Of a stretch of 64,000 bases of DNA, positions 37,108 to 49,775 are shown in pieces. The stretch is taken from the NCBI RefSeq assembly GCF_018350175.1, contig NC_058368.1:115382001-115446000 (forward strand). Reading direction: 5' to 3'. How positions within the stretch are numbered: the stretch's first letter is position 1; every line of letters begins with the position of its first letter. The position numbers were made by a program, and so were the translations under genes. This DNA comes from Felis catus. Its lineage: Eukaryota. Under the pieces are notes generated by a model. It was not told where the DNA came from, searched no databases, and saw nothing but the letters and a program-made list of their open reading frames with translations.

Positions 37108-38342
37108 TAAATCACTCCATGTAATCACAGGGCCACACAGATCCATGTCATAGGATCCCATCTCCACACCCAATACACTGGCAGCTCAGCTGGTTCCTTG
37201 GGCCCTGGCTCTCTTCCTGGTGACTAGGGGATCTCTCCTGGGGTGAAGGCCAGGGAGGAGGGGCCTCAGGCAGATAGGGACCAGGTAATGGAATGTAGGG
37301 GACCAGGCTGCAGTATAGCTCATAAAATCTGGAGGGGTCAGGTCCTGCCTGGGGCACCCCTATTCCTCCAGCAATGACTTCCCCCCCAATTCCCCAAATC
37401 TGAATCCCCTCCCAGCCCTGTCACTACTCAAACTTGGACTTGGTTTGAGCCTCTTTTATTTTCTAAGCCTTGGTTTCGGTGTCTGTCAACTGGGGATTAG
37501 AGTGTCTGTTCTGTCCACCTCCCAGGGCTTCAGCAGATCAGAGAGACACCCACAAAAGAAACTACAAGGTATAGCACTGCCTGCCCACAGGTTCCCAGAC
37601 TTAGGTGGGGCCCAGGTGGAACCATTTCCTCCATTGCTAAGGAAAGGTCTCAGGCCAGAAGAATTTCTGGGGAGAGCAGGACTTAGAATCAAGATACTGA
37701 ATCGAGCACGTTCCAGGAACCCTGCCCTCCCCAGTCCCAGGCAGACACCTAGGGCTCAATCATGCCAGCTAGGGTCAGAGGTAGAGTCCGGAAACTGAGC
37801 AGCTGCTGGGCATAGACCCAGTTAGACCAGTGTTCAGGGAGGGGCACAGATAGCAGAGTGCTAAGTAGGTGTGTCCACAGGTAGTCTGCTCATGGAGTTT
37901 TCCTTTTCTCTCATGATGGATCTGGGTTTTATCATTCATATAACTGATTCCATATGCCTTTGACAGCTTGCTCACATTTCTAGCCATGACAGGTCTCACC
38001 TACCTCTGGAAAACTGTATGGAAGTGTATTTGGCCCTCTCTAGGTACAACCTCAGCAGAAATACCAAAGTCTGACTTTCCAGCCCCATGAGCACCTTTTG
38101 CAGACGGAAGGAATCAAGAAATGGAGGTCACTGGGTTTTATTTGAGTCCAGAAGGGAAGGCCTCGCCTCACACACACCAGGCCCCAGTGTTCTAAAGCCT
38201 GAGGAGGGGGGTGGTGGCCATGGCAGCACAGAAAAGCATGGCCTCCCTGCCCTCCAGGCAGCCTGCACAAAGGAGTAGGACAGATCCAGAGGAAGCCCAG
38301 CTCCCTTCAGGGGCTGACCAGGAAGGGGAAGGAGCAGTTGGA

Positions 38343-40532
38343 CTAGAGCTCTGTCTTCGTGACAGGTGCCTCCTCTGAGCAGGCCCCCTGGGGGCCTCCA
38401 CACAGCAACGCCTCCAGAGCCTCTCGGCCTTCTTGGTGGGCTTTGTAGATCTGGTCTTCTCCAAACTCCCCCAGGTAGTGCAAACATGTCATGGAGAGCC
38501 TAGGGGAGCCCAGCAAGAGCCTCAGACTTTGCCTGCCCCACAGGGGGCTGATCAAGGCTCCAAAGTCTCCATTCCACCCCCCATTCCTGCCATCACCTGG
38601 TGGGCCAGGGGCCCCCTGTGATCATCACGCTGATGTTTGGCTCTGGCCCCTTGCTGAGTCCTGGGCCCGTGAGACGTTTCACCTGGTTCACTTCTCGGAC
38701 CCCGTAGCTGGAAGCAGTGGGGAGGAGAGATACAGCATTAGTGGGAGCCCTGCCAGCAAGGGATCCATCCCCACATGAGGCTGAGCACACTGGGAATTTG
38801 CTGAAGCCAGAGCCCAGATTCTGATCTTCCCTGATGGAAAACTGAGGACCAGAGAGGGAAAGCCCCTGGCCCAAGGTCACACAGCAACCATATATCCTGG
38901 CCACCTACCATTCTACTTGCTCCTAGCTCCAGAGCTCAGACTGCCTCACAGCCAGCCCCCTACCTTAGACCAGAGCCCTAGTGGATTGTGTGTCTGGCGT
39001 GAGTGGGAGAATGAGAACCCTACCCATCATCCCTTCCCCTGGGGGAGGGTGGTAGGGACCAGACTTTTGACTCACCCCTGCCAGGTCTGGGAGCAGCTCC
39101 GGTCCAGGATGTCTGTGTATACTGATTCACTCAGCTCCTGCTGCCCTCCTGAGTCCCGGGTGTGAAGCTTGGCCTCTGCCTTTGCCAAATGTTGCCACAT
39201 CTAGAACAAGGAGGGGCTGAGAGCCAGGACTTTTGGACTGCTCAATGGTGGGAGAGGGGCAGACAGGAGCCTGGGTCTCCGGGAGAAAGTGAGGTGAGCC
39301 TTTTGAGCAGGAAACTCCTGTGAACAGGCTTCATGGCCCTCCCACAGGCTCGGAAAGCTGAGACTGGGTCTGCTGAGATAGGATCCACTTCCCTGGAATG
39401 GGGTGGGTGGGAAACTCTGAAGTGGAAAGTTAGGCCTGAGCACTGGGCCTCCTTCCCCAGGGCACACCTGCCCATCAGCACATGATATTTTATTTTATTT
39501 TTTTTAAGTTTATTTATTTTTAAGAGAGAGAGAGAGAGAGAGAGAGAAAGAAAGAATCCCAAGCAGACTCCTGCACTGTCAGTGCAGAGCCCGACATGGG
39601 GCTCAAGCCCAGAAAATGCAAGATCATGACCTGAACTGAAACCAAAAGTCGATGCTTAGCTGACAGAGCCATTCTTCTTCTTAAACCACAAGAAGGAAAG
39701 AAAAAAAGAAAAAAAAAAAACAAAAAAAAAACCAGAGCCCAGTCTTCAATGACACGTGTGCTCATAGGCTCCCCTCCCCCCATAGAGATATTCGGGCATG
39801 CTTGACAGGCTTGTGCATGAACAAGAGATACACACATACTCATATATTCATGTACTCAACCCACATGCACACATGCACATATACACCAGTGCTCCCTGGT
39901 CATATTTTGGGAAGAAGCCCCAACGTGAGGATAAGCCTGGAAAAGAAAGAGTCCAAGGGGACAAGCTCGTGACTCCCTAGAGTCTCAAGATATTGTGGAA
40001 TGGGTGTCCCAGATAATCTGCTCGCTGTTGGGCAGAGAAATGGGTAAACTGAGGCATGGAGGTTTAGGTGAGGTGAAGGTGGAAATATCATGGAAGCCTG
40101 AATCTAACTCGATACCCTGGGATTGAGAGTTTAGAAATCAAAGGCCAGGGGCGCCTGGGTGGTTCAGTCAGTTGAGCGTCCCACTTTTGATTTCGGCTCA
40201 GGTCATGATCTCACATATATAAATAAATATTAAAAAAAAAAAAAGAAAAGAAAAAGAAATCAAAAGCCAAAAGTAGAATCTGAGGTAGAAGGAGGGGACT
40301 GTCTTCAAGAGGGGCCTGGATAGGGTCAGGGGAACTGCTGGGGGGAGGTACTCACCTGGTAGGCCACCGCCCTGCAGGCATCACAGCGCAGGTGAGCAGG
40401 CATATGAGCTGAGTACTTCTCCTCATCGTCCAGCTGCGGGGCAGTGGCTGTGAGTGGAGGCCTGTCTCCAAGGCCCCCTTGGATGCCCCAGGCTCCCAGC
40501 AGCAGCAGTGTCAGTGTCAGTGACAGCCTCAT
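38343..40532 (-). CDS. MZB1: Marginal zone B and B1 cell-specific protein (pERp1), 4 exons, 189 aa
   Basis: Exons 40356-40532, 39076-39200, 38597-38707 and 38343-38499 (570 nt, GT-AG). Signal peptide MRLSLTLTLLLLGAW, CxxC motif LRCDACRAVAYQ, C-terminal KTEL*. AATAAA at 38137-38142 (minus). Confidence 0.97.
39490..40262. mobile_element. Two SINEs in MZB1 intron 1: 39490-39670 (-) and internally deleted 40148-40262 (+)
   Basis: SINE motifs; the second is flanked by AGAAATCAAA(A/G)GCCA near-duplications. Confidence 0.85.
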
Positions 40533-40559
40533 GGTTTGTGGAGCTGGCTCAGTGAGCAT

Positions 40560-40720
40560 GGGCTGTGGTTGGGGTGCAGGTGTGCATGTGTATGTGTGCA
40601 GTGGGGGCCGCCCCGGAACTCCTGACCCAACCAATGGGGAACCAACACCTCACCCCTCCCACTCTCTCCCTTCCCCCAGGGCCCTGAAGATGCCACGTGT
40701 GCACCTCCTCTAGTGGGATC
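40560..40720 (-). promoter_or_regulatory. MZB1: MZB1 proximal promoter with XBP1/CREB3-type ACGT element and CCAAT box
   Basis: TGCCACGTGT at 40691-40700 and CCAAT at 40631-40635, 100-170 nt upstream of the ATG. This is consistent with plasma-cell/UPR induction; binding is inferred only. Confidence 0.4.
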
Positions 40721-42716
40721 CTTGCTTCAGCCAACTCAACTCCATTTCACAGATAGGGAACAATGATGTAAGGAGGGGGGCTGAGCATGGGCAAGAACAC
40801 ATGGGAGCTGATACCTCCCATGTCCTGCGATTTGGCAACTCAGTGGGCACTGTCCTGAGTACCTTGGGGGAAGAGGTACTTGGTTAGTGTCATTTTTATG
40901 AGCACATGAAGGCTCAGAGAGAAGTGACAAATCCAAGACCATACAGCTACAAGGGCCATACTGAAACTGGAATCCAAACCGGATTGACCCCAAAGCCACT
41001 GGCCACTCAGCCACCAGGAGGAATTAGGTCACAGGCATGGCTGCCAGCCTAGGGCTCCCTCCCCGGGAGGCAAGTTTGCTGAGGCAAGGATGCCACGGCA
41101 CATGAAAGACACACATGGGCTCCTTCCCTGAGCCTGAGGGCCATACCAAGGCATGGAAGAGCATTATGAGGGGTGTTAGGGGTTGTGATAGGAAATCAGA
41201 AATCAGACAAGTTACACTAGTCATTCCGACCATCATGGCTCATTGGGTCAGTGATTTATTGCACACCAGGATGAGGTGAGGGGACCAGGAGCAGCCCAGG
41301 GCCCTTCATGTCATCAGAACCAGCATCTCTGGCCATAAGAAGATGTTCAGGTTATTCTACTCATAGTTCTCCTGGTCAGCTTCCAGTCCAAGGCAGAGAG
41401 GCAGACAGGTAGACTTCAAGGGACCCAGACCCCCCAGAGGCCTGGAACCTAAGTAAGGCATCCATCTCTGTCCCCAACAACTGCTTCTAATGGGAACTCT
41501 TCTTCCACAAACTCATCACATCATCACTTATCAGTTCTACAAGCTTCTGCCAATTCAAGCTCAGAACTCCACACAGACCCCCATGCAGAGCATCTCCTAC
41601 CCCATTCATCTCTCTCAGGCCTCCTCAGAGGCTCCTACAATCTCAGGGCAATTAGAACACAGGCCCTTCCTTGCTGTGCCCAGCCTGCAGAGCCACCCCC
41701 TCTCTGGGCATGGTTGCCACAACTGTTACTGAGGCAGTTGAACCAGTTGAGGCTCCATGTCTCTGTCCCTGCCCTCATCCCGACCCCAGGGGCACCCCTT
41801 TTACTGCCAGCCTTAACTCATCCTCCATTACACCCAGAACCCAGAATGGTCAAGAATCTCTGCTTGTAAGTCCTTCCTGATGATTCACTTCATCTGCTTT
41901 CCACTCTGGGTGGGGATGGCTTAAGCCCCCCCACTCCTGGCCCTAGGATGAGCCAGCTCAGCTCTGAGGGCTTAGAGAAGCCAAGTCAGATGCTGAGGTT
42001 AAGGGGAGGATGAGAGTTTGGGCTCCCAGTTGGAGACTACAGCTGCCTCCCCACCCAACCCCCATCCCCAGGCTGACTGTCCATAACCATAACCACTTCC
42101 ATGTTACTTCCTTGCTCTGCCTCCACCTGCTGTCTCAACAGCTCTCCTTCTCAGACCCTGCCTGGCCTAGGGGCTGCACTGGCCACTTTCCCACACAGTC
42201 TCCCAGGCCAAGGCTCACACCCTCTTCCAAAGAATAACAAAGTTTCTAGCCAGAGTCCTTCTCCTTCCACCCCACCAGTGCTCACTAGCCTGCTCCATCT
42301 CAGCTGGGTCCACCATTCAGGGAGGGACAGACAGCTCACTACCTCTGGGAGCAGCCCAGCCCTCTGCTGCTCCTATTTCTTGTTGCCCCTAGCAAACCCC
42401 AACAGCCCCTCAAATTGGCTCCTAGGGACAACTCTTGAGACCCCTCACTTTTACACACACACAAACACACTACACTCTGGGAATGCTTGGGAAAGGAGTA
42501 TACAATTTTGTTGGGGGAGGAAGTAGGCAGCCACTTTCTGAATTCCAGCTCCATCAGTCCCAAAGTTTCAGATACATTCTCTGAAGGTAACTTCCGGTCT
42601 GAAGACTGGATGCGATGAGTAAAAGAAAGAGGTGATAGAAGGAAAGAAGGGCAGGGGACTGGATGCCAGAACCTCCAAGGCTACCAACAGGCCCCAACAC
42701 CATGGGGGATCAGACC

Positions 42717-45700
42717 TCACACTGGGAACAAGGACCCTTTGCCGGGCTGGGCTGAACCTGAGCTGTTGGGTGGAGCACAGAGGAGCAGAGGGGGTGCGGG
42801 GCTGGGGGTTCCACTCACTGGCAGATAATACATCCCGTCCAGGTGCCCCGCCTCAGAGGCCCAGGGTAGCGGGGGGCCGCTGAAGGCCGGCGGGCCCGGG
42901 GATGGCGGCATCGACAGGCTGGGGATAGGCCCATAGGCGGGCGGGTAGAGGCTGGAGCCCAGGGCCAGCGGGGTGTAGACGCGGCGGGGTGGCCCTGGGG
43001 GCGATGGCGGCAGCAGCACCTCTACATATTGCCCGCTCTCTGGGTCGAAGAGCAGCCGTAGCCGAGGCTGTCGCGGCGCCTCCACAAAGTAGTATCGGCC
43101 GCTCTCGGGGTCCACCAGGACCTTCCCCGGATACGCGGTCCCAGGTGGCTTCCGCGCCCCCTGGAAAGGGCCTTCTGGGGACCGGTCCATCGGTGGCGCT
43201 GACGCGGCGCGGGGCTGGGGCGGGGCCATTCTGCCTGCAGACGCCTGGGGCTCCCGCGGGAGAGACGACTGGACAGCAGTCGCGGTCTCGGGGGCCACAC
43301 GAGGCGTCTCCAATTTGGGTGCTATCCCAGGGCTCAAGCTAGGGTTCGCCTGAGGGGAGCTGGGACAGGGTGGTCTGGATGGTTGGGGCCCGGCTGGCCC
43401 TATGGGCGACTGCTGGGGTGAGGTGCGAGCGCCTCCTAGAGGGCTGGTCCGCCCCTGGCCGTCAGGGACCAGGCGCTGGACCTCCGCATCCCGGTTCTCT
43501 ACGCCAGAACCGCGCACCAGGACTCCCCCAGGTCCCTCCCGCCGGCGGCCCAAGGCCAGTGCACCAGGCAGGCGGATCTCAGTGCGCGCGAAGGGTTTTG
43601 CCGTGCTGTTCTCTGCTCTCCGCCTCAGGACCCCGTTGGGCTGTGAAGCGTCCCGGGGGACTGTGTCGGGGGACGGCTCTGGGGGCTCGTAGGGGTGCGT
43701 CACGACTGGCAGAAAGTCCTTCAGATAAACAGAAGTGTAGTGAGCTGGGGCTGGGGACTCCAGCGCCTGGAACTCTTGTGTCTTGGATGAGCCGCCCTCC
43801 TCTCCGCGGGGTTCCGCCGGAGGCGCAGGCAGCCCCGAACCTGGTGTTCCCGGAGGAAAGCTTGGCGCGTACGTGGTCTTCACCATCTTGCGCACGTCGC
43901 GGGGCCGTGGAATGGCCACGCGCGGTCGTCCCGAGGCTGCTTCTCCAGGGCCCGAGACTTCCCGGTGCACATCGGCATCCAAGGTGCCCACGAGGCGACT
44001 GAGGGGCAGCTCGGGTGCATCCACTTCTGGCGACGGCTGACTGCCTCGGAAGGCAAGATTCCGCATCTCCCGCGTGGACGGACTCTGCGCGTCTGTGAGC
44101 TCGGGGGTCCTGGGGGCGGACGGTCTAGGCAGCGCCAGCTCCTCCTGTCCTATCCCATTTAGAGCTTCCGATGTAGGTACGATCGATGAGCCCTGCAGTG
44201 TGGGATCCCACGTCTCTTGGGGAGATGGGTTCCACGTCCCATTAGTATGATCTGGAGCCTCCAGTGAGGACAAGGCCGGCGGGGACGGGCTCCTATTGCC
44301 CTCTGCGGTATTCCCAACTGCAGGTTTCGGAACCTCCCACAGGGAAGGAGCTTCGGGGGATGGGCTTCTTGTTCTGGCAACACCCTGATTCCACTGAGAA
44401 CGGATCGGTGGGGAAGGGCTTCTTCTGCTGACAGTTTCCTCGATAGCAGGATCCTGATTTCCCCAGGCAGAGGATGCCTCGGGAAACGACGGGCTACTTA
44501 CTCTCCGAATAGCTCGATTCCATGGAGGCAGATTCTGGGGGGACGGGCAGTGAGGACCCCGTACGGTCCCATTTGGAGCCTGCCACAGTGGGGACGAGCT
44601 CCTAGGTTTTCCAGCCTTACTCGGAACCTCCCGGGGGTCCCTAGACTCAAAAGGCGGAGACGGTTCTCTCAGGATGGTTCGATCCAGAGTCTCTCGCGGG
44701 AACCGAGTCTTGAGTTCCTGACTGTGCGCCTCCTGAATCTTCTCCCCTGACTGCAGGAAGATGCTGGAACTAACCGGACCCAGCGGCTCGGTCCCCGGCG
44801 CGGGCTTGTCACGCCGAATCGCGCGCTCTCGGAGGCTAGGCCACGGCCGTGGTGCCCTGGCGGGGGCTGAACTATGATGCACGCGGGGTGGCCGAGACCT
44901 GGCCTCCTCCAGGACCTTTCGGGTACTGCGGGCCGTTTCCCGGGTCGCACACTCCAGCCGCCCCGTGGGCCCGAAGGTGGCGCTGCTCCGGGCAGGGGCC
45001 GCAGGGCTTAGTTTTCTGGCCAGTGCTGTCTGCACTAGACCCGCGGCTTCCTGCAGGCGGCCCAGAGACTCATCCAGGGAGCCAGTGCGCAGAAGCAGTC
45101 GGGGGCGCGGCGCGCCCGCCTCCCGCGGGGGGCTCCGGGGTCGGGGGCGCAGCTCAATTTGACGCTTGGGCACAGTCCGGGGTCTGGCGGGCTCGGCACG
45201 TTCCTCCAGCGCCACCTCCACACACTCGAACTGCGCTGGGGTCGCAGGACTTGGCCCGCGGGGCCGCAGCTCCAGGTAAGTGGCCCAGCGGGAGCCACCG
45301 TTCGGGGCCTGAGGCGTCGGTGTTGCTGGAGCAGGAGTCGAGGGCCCGGGCGGAGAGAGGCTGCGGAAAGCTCGAGCGGTGAGCTGTTGCACCTCGCTAT
45401 CCGCCGCGTCCGAGCGGCTGAACAGGGCCCCGGCGCCGAAGATGACTTCCATCTCCCCCGACGGCAGCATGCGCAGCTGGGGCTGGGGTGGCCGCGGGCC
45501 GGAGCCCGGGCCTCGCGGGAAACCCGAGCTGGTCCCGAGCTGCTGGCGGCTATTCTGGGCGCTGACGGACAGGCGAGGCTGCGCGCCCGCCCCCAGCGCA
45601 GGGGCCACCCCGGGCCAATTCGCTCGGCACTCCGCGTCCGGCCCAACGTCCGGGGGCTCTGGAGAACCCGGAGCAGTGTGGTAGGAACCTGACGAACCGG

Positions 45701-45782
45701 AGGAGTCCTGGCGCCGGGCGGGGACCTCAGGCAGGCGCCCTGGGAGCCCAGGCAGGGCTGGCGGTGCGAACGCGGTCAGCAT
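42717..45782 (-). CDS. PROB1: Proline-rich basic protein 1, single exon, 1021 aa
   Basis: Uninterrupted ORF with strong Kozak GCCCCACCATG, N-terminal RRQDSSGSSGSY and C-terminal duplicated DPESG(R/Q)Y motifs (DUF4585-type). AATAAA at 41255-41260 (minus) implies a 3'UTR of about 1.45 kb. Confidence 0.96.
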   Translation of the reverse strand: MLTAFAPPALPGLPGRLPEVPARRQDSSGSSGSYHTAPGSPEPPDVGPDAECRANWPGVAPALGAGAQPRLSVSAQNSRQQLGTSSGFPRGPGSGPRPPQPQLRMLPSGEMEVIFGAGALFSRSDAADSEVQQLTARAFRSLSPPGPSTPAPATPTPQAPNGGSRWATYLELRPRGPSPATPAQFECVEVALEERAEPARPRTVPKRQIELRPRPRSPPREAGAPRPRLLLRTGSLDESLGRLQEAAGLVQTALARKLSPAAPARSSATFGPTGRLECATRETARSTRKVLEEARSRPPRVHHSSAPARAPRPWPSLRERAIRRDKPAPGTEPLGPVSSSIFLQSGEKIQEAHSQELKTRFPRETLDRTILREPSPPFESRDPREVPSKAGKPRSSSPLWQAPNGTVRGPHCPSPQNLPPWNRAIRRVSSPSFPEASSAWGNQDPAIEETVSRRSPSPPIRSQWNQGVARTRSPSPEAPSLWEVPKPAVGNTAEGNRSPSPPALSSLEAPDHTNGTWNPSPQETWDPTLQGSSIVPTSEALNGIGQEELALPRPSAPRTPELTDAQSPSTREMRNLAFRGSQPSPEVDAPELPLSRLVGTLDADVHREVSGPGEAASGRPRVAIPRPRDVRKMVKTTYAPSFPPGTPGSGLPAPPAEPRGEEGGSSKTQEFQALESPAPAHYTSVYLKDFLPVVTHPYEPPEPSPDTVPRDASQPNGVLRRRAENSTAKPFARTEIRLPGALALGRRREGPGGVLVRGSGVENRDAEVQRLVPDGQGRTSPLGGARTSPQQSPIGPAGPQPSRPPCPSSPQANPSLSPGIAPKLETPRVAPETATAVQSSLPREPQASAGRMAPPQPRAASAPPMDRSPEGPFQGARKPPGTAYPGKVLVDPESGRYYFVEAPRQPRLRLLFDPESGQYVEVLLPPSPPGPPRRVYTPLALGSSLYPPAYGPIPSLSMPPSPGPPAFSGPPLPWASEAGHLDGMYYLPVSGTPSPAPPLLLCAPPNSSGSAQPGKGSLFPV

Positions 45783-46020
45783 GGTGGGGCTGGACGCCGC
45801 GCACTACCTCCCTCACGTTAGCCTCCGCCGGTGCCGCGGACGCCCGCACTGTCCCCGCCCCGCCCGCGGGTGTCGTGGGGGTCACCGCGCCTTAAAGCGG
45901 CCGCGTCCGCTCGCGAAGCGGTGGCGTCGCTAGCAGGAGAGACTTGGGCCCTAGGCTCTACCTTTCCAGCTTTCTCCCCTGGCGCGGGCCAGAAGCCTAG
46001 GCTGCGTCGCCAGGCTTTGG
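44700..46020. promoter_or_regulatory. PROB1: CpG island covering the PROB1 promoter and 5' coding region
   Basis: Very high GC and CpG density; CpG-rich patches continue through the gene body to about 42900. Confidence 0.75.
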
Positions 46021-47187
46021 CTGACATGAAGGTGAGGGAAAGGCAGGTGTGCAACTTGAAGCCAGGGGCTAGGCCCATCTCCACTCCTCCACAGGCTAGG
46101 AAACAGGCTGAGCAGGGGTCTGCCTAACAAGGACCATGGTGGTATGGATTAGAATGTGAGCCAGGGGGCCCGGACCACACTTTCAAACCAGGCAACTCAG
46201 ATCTTGTGAGCAATTTCATCTTCTCCTTAGCCCCCAGTGTCTTCCCATCACCTCAGTGCACCCCTTCTCCCCAGCCTTATCACTTGTACTAGCTAGAGTT
46301 CATAAGGGTGTACCCACCACCTTCCTTGACCCATCAGCCCACGATCCGATAGAAAGCATTGCTTGGTAAGCTCCCTCGACCCGGAAAGTTGTGCCAGGGC
46401 CTCAGGTAGGTGCTGTCCCTGGCTGGACCCATTGCTTTTAGTGGGAACATCCTGGATGGGGCTGGAGTGCATAGCTCTAGCATTCCCATTCTGCCTTGGC
46501 ACCTAGAACAAGCCCTGGATGCCTATGTGGGGGTCTCCTAGGAACCTCTGGGGGTAGCTGTGGCCCCCTGTATAAAGACTCTGAGGCAGAAAGACCTCTG
46601 TGCTCTCCCAGGCACTTGCAAGGCCCTCACTCCAGCACCCTGGGGACAGGAACAGATTGGGAAGGAGTCACCACCTGTCATAGCCCTGGGACAATGACAA
46701 TGGGCACCATTTACCCTTAAACTTCTGGCTTCGAGTTCCTACTATGATTCAGGCTCCAGGTGGCCTTGGAGCAAACGCATCAGCACCCCCATCCCCATTG
46801 TACTCATCCTCACACTGACCCAGGTTAGGCTAGACTTGACAAATCTGACTCAGCCTCTGAGTGGGTCTCCTGCCTGGGTATGTCTCCATGACCGCCTAGC
46901 CATCAGAGATGGCTTGTGAAAGGATCAAACCTACCTATCATCTAGCCCTGCATATGCAACTTTAGTGAGTCCTAGACCCTTCGCAGACTTCCCCCACCTT
47001 AAAAATAGACATAGCATGGTCCTTTTCCCTTCCTTCCCTTTGGGAAGACTCGAGCTTCTGTTTGGGGGAAGTGTAAGAAGGTGCAAGTGTGATTCACAGG
47101 TATAACATAACATTATATGATGGAAATTGATTTCCCAAATTCATTGTGGTCCTGGAACCCATGATCTTTGATGTCTCTGGTCAGGAC

Positions 47188-47189
<2 letters not shown>

Positions 47190-47227
<38 letters not shown>
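47190..47227. repeat. (CA)n microsatellite
   Basis: Perfect CA run. Confidence 0.95.
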
Positions 47228-47228
<1 letters not shown>

Positions 47229-47750
47229 CCCTTCCTGCTCTATAGCCAAGTTGGGAGAGTTAAATTTACCAAGGCACTGGGAGTGGGGTGGGGTGTTTAC
47301 AGGTAACCAGGGGTAACCAGAGCTGTTTACATAGGGAGGGATTAAATACCAAGAGTAGGAAGGACAGTGCCTATTAGATAACAAAGTAGTCCTCCCCTAC
47401 GCTATACCCCCACACTTTCGCTCCCCCTACTATCCAAGGGAGGGAGGGAAGTGGCAGGGGCTGGAGACTTGAGCAGCATCCTTTTCTGAGCCAAGGAGTG
47501 GCCTGGAAAGTAGTGGTCCAAGGCCTGTCCCCCACCCAGTCCCTGGTAACTTGATTCTCCCTTCTGTCATGAAGGCCCAGGAGGCAGGCAGGGAGAAAAA
47601 AAAAGAGTGCCTTCTGCCTCTTTTCTGGGAGTCAGGGCACCGGTGAGGCCTGACGTGGCAGAAGCAGAAACCCACAGGGATGGGGACCCCCACAGCAGAG
47701 AAGGCAGAGGTCCAGCATTACAGCTACAGAACAGGAAGGTGAAGACAATT

Positions 47751-49724
47751 TTATTTTTCCCTGGGATGCTGGTGGCTCCGGGCCTGACGCGTCCCCGAGG
47801 CTTTCTTATGCTTCTGGTCCAGCACTTGGGCCATGTAGTTCTCCTGTTGCTTCTGGATCCGGTAGTCAGACATGTGATTCCTGCAATGGAGCTGGCTGGG
47901 CATGGGCTGGGGACAGTCTAGGGTAGGGACCAGAGAGCTGGCTCCCTACTTCCATCAACAACCCCCAGCCTAGCCCAGACGCCTCACCTGAAGATCTGTT
48001 TCTGCTGGCTGATAACTTGCTGCAACTCCTTAATCTCATTCTCTTTGCCATTAAGTATATCTTCTTGCTTTATAATGTGAGACTCAATTTCTGTGGGGGA
48101 GAGAGGCAGGGAGAAGGCGTGGTTCCCATCCGAAGGGCTCCTTCCTGAGATAAGGCATTCATTCCCTTATGGGTCTTTTTAGAACTTGGCTCTCCTGACC
48201 CAGGGGTTCTCCACAAGTAGCTGTTAACATCATGGTAAGAATGAGTTTATTATGGCGTTTTGATAGCATGGTGACTGAGTGGCACAATGTCTGCTGAATG
48301 TGTCAGTGACTTTACAACTCTATTCTGGACCAGGTGACTCACATGAGGGCAGGAAAAGGCCTCTGCAGAGAGGTGGACAGTGCTGCCCAAAGGCAGGAGG
48401 ATGAATGGCTCCTGTCCCTAACTCCTGCTGATCTTCACAGCTATCACCTCCTTGGCAAGACACTTCCTAGTTTAAAGTACAACCTCTCCCAATAGTTCCT
48501 ATCCCTTTTTCCTGCTTTCTTTTTCTTCTTAGCACTTATACCTAATATACCACATATTTTACTCACTTTTCTTCTCTACTAGGATTTACATCCATGAAAT
48601 CCATAATGATAAATATTATTTAAATTTACTGCTTTAACCCTAAGGCCTAAAATTGTACCTGGCACATAGAAGGTGCACGATAAATTTATTTGTGGAATGA
48701 ATGACCAGGATATCCTCTGGGGAGTTAGGACTTAGAAACATCACTTAGTTCAGTCATCTCAATCCAACCAGACGTACTGAGGGCCAGCTGGATGCCCAGA
48801 CTTGTGCTAGGGCTTAAGGAGAGAAGACAGGGCCCCTACCCTCAAGGAGGCAGCTCCTGAAAGAGAGTTAAAACTCAGGAACTGATCAGAGAACAGAGGG
48901 TGATGTTTTAGCAGTGTTAATATTGATGAGACAGTATTGCTACTTTGGGCAAGTTGCCTCCTCTTCTAGACCCATTTTCTCATCTGCTGACAGGGACAGC
49001 ACAGGGGCGTGAGGTGAGAGGAGATAGTGGTGACAAAGCTTACCCCAAATTAAGTGCTTATTAGATGCAAGGATGATTTTTGTGTCTTGCATCAAAATCG
49101 AAAGAGGTTGTAGGGATGGGGGGAGGCGGTGCTTCATTTACATAAACTGACCCTTGGGGAGCCCTGGAAAATTCTGATCCTCCTAGGAAGAAAATCCCAC
49201 CACCTTTAAAGATTAGACAAATATTAACTAGAACACAAGGTCTAAAAAATGTAGAAATGCTGAAGTATTTAAGGTTTCAGAAGAGAAGATTTGGTAAAAA
49301 GTTAATGCACAGCATAGAAAAGAGGAGACAAAGACACAGGAGAAGGAAGAGAATGAAAATGAGCTCACTCGGTCATAGGACCACGCCTATTGAACCTTCT
49401 TCCCCAGGTCACGCAGATTGATTGATTGTGAAGTTCTTTTGGGAAAAGGCATCAGAAATTTATGTGAATCTTTTAAAATAAGTTAGAGATGAATTTAAAA
49501 TAAATAGCACCCACAGAGAGAATGGTTAGAAAATCCCTTTGAGAAAAATAAGAAACTATGTAAGTATAAAAAACAAACTAAAACCACAAAAAGGGAGGTT
49601 CTCCAACCTGGCCAACAGGCCAGGGGGAGGCTCAGGTCATGAGATTTGCTCAGGTGAGGGCTTGTGTCCCACTGGAGGGGTCTGGGACATTCTGGGGGAG
49701 GGCAGCCAGGTTCCATCCCCATAG

Positions 49725-49775
<51 letters not shown>

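Noticed and set aside
42989-46127. Many 65-210-aa ORFs on both strands over PROB1
   Set aside because: Expected in very GC-rich, stop-poor sequence; the 1021-aa frame explains the region.
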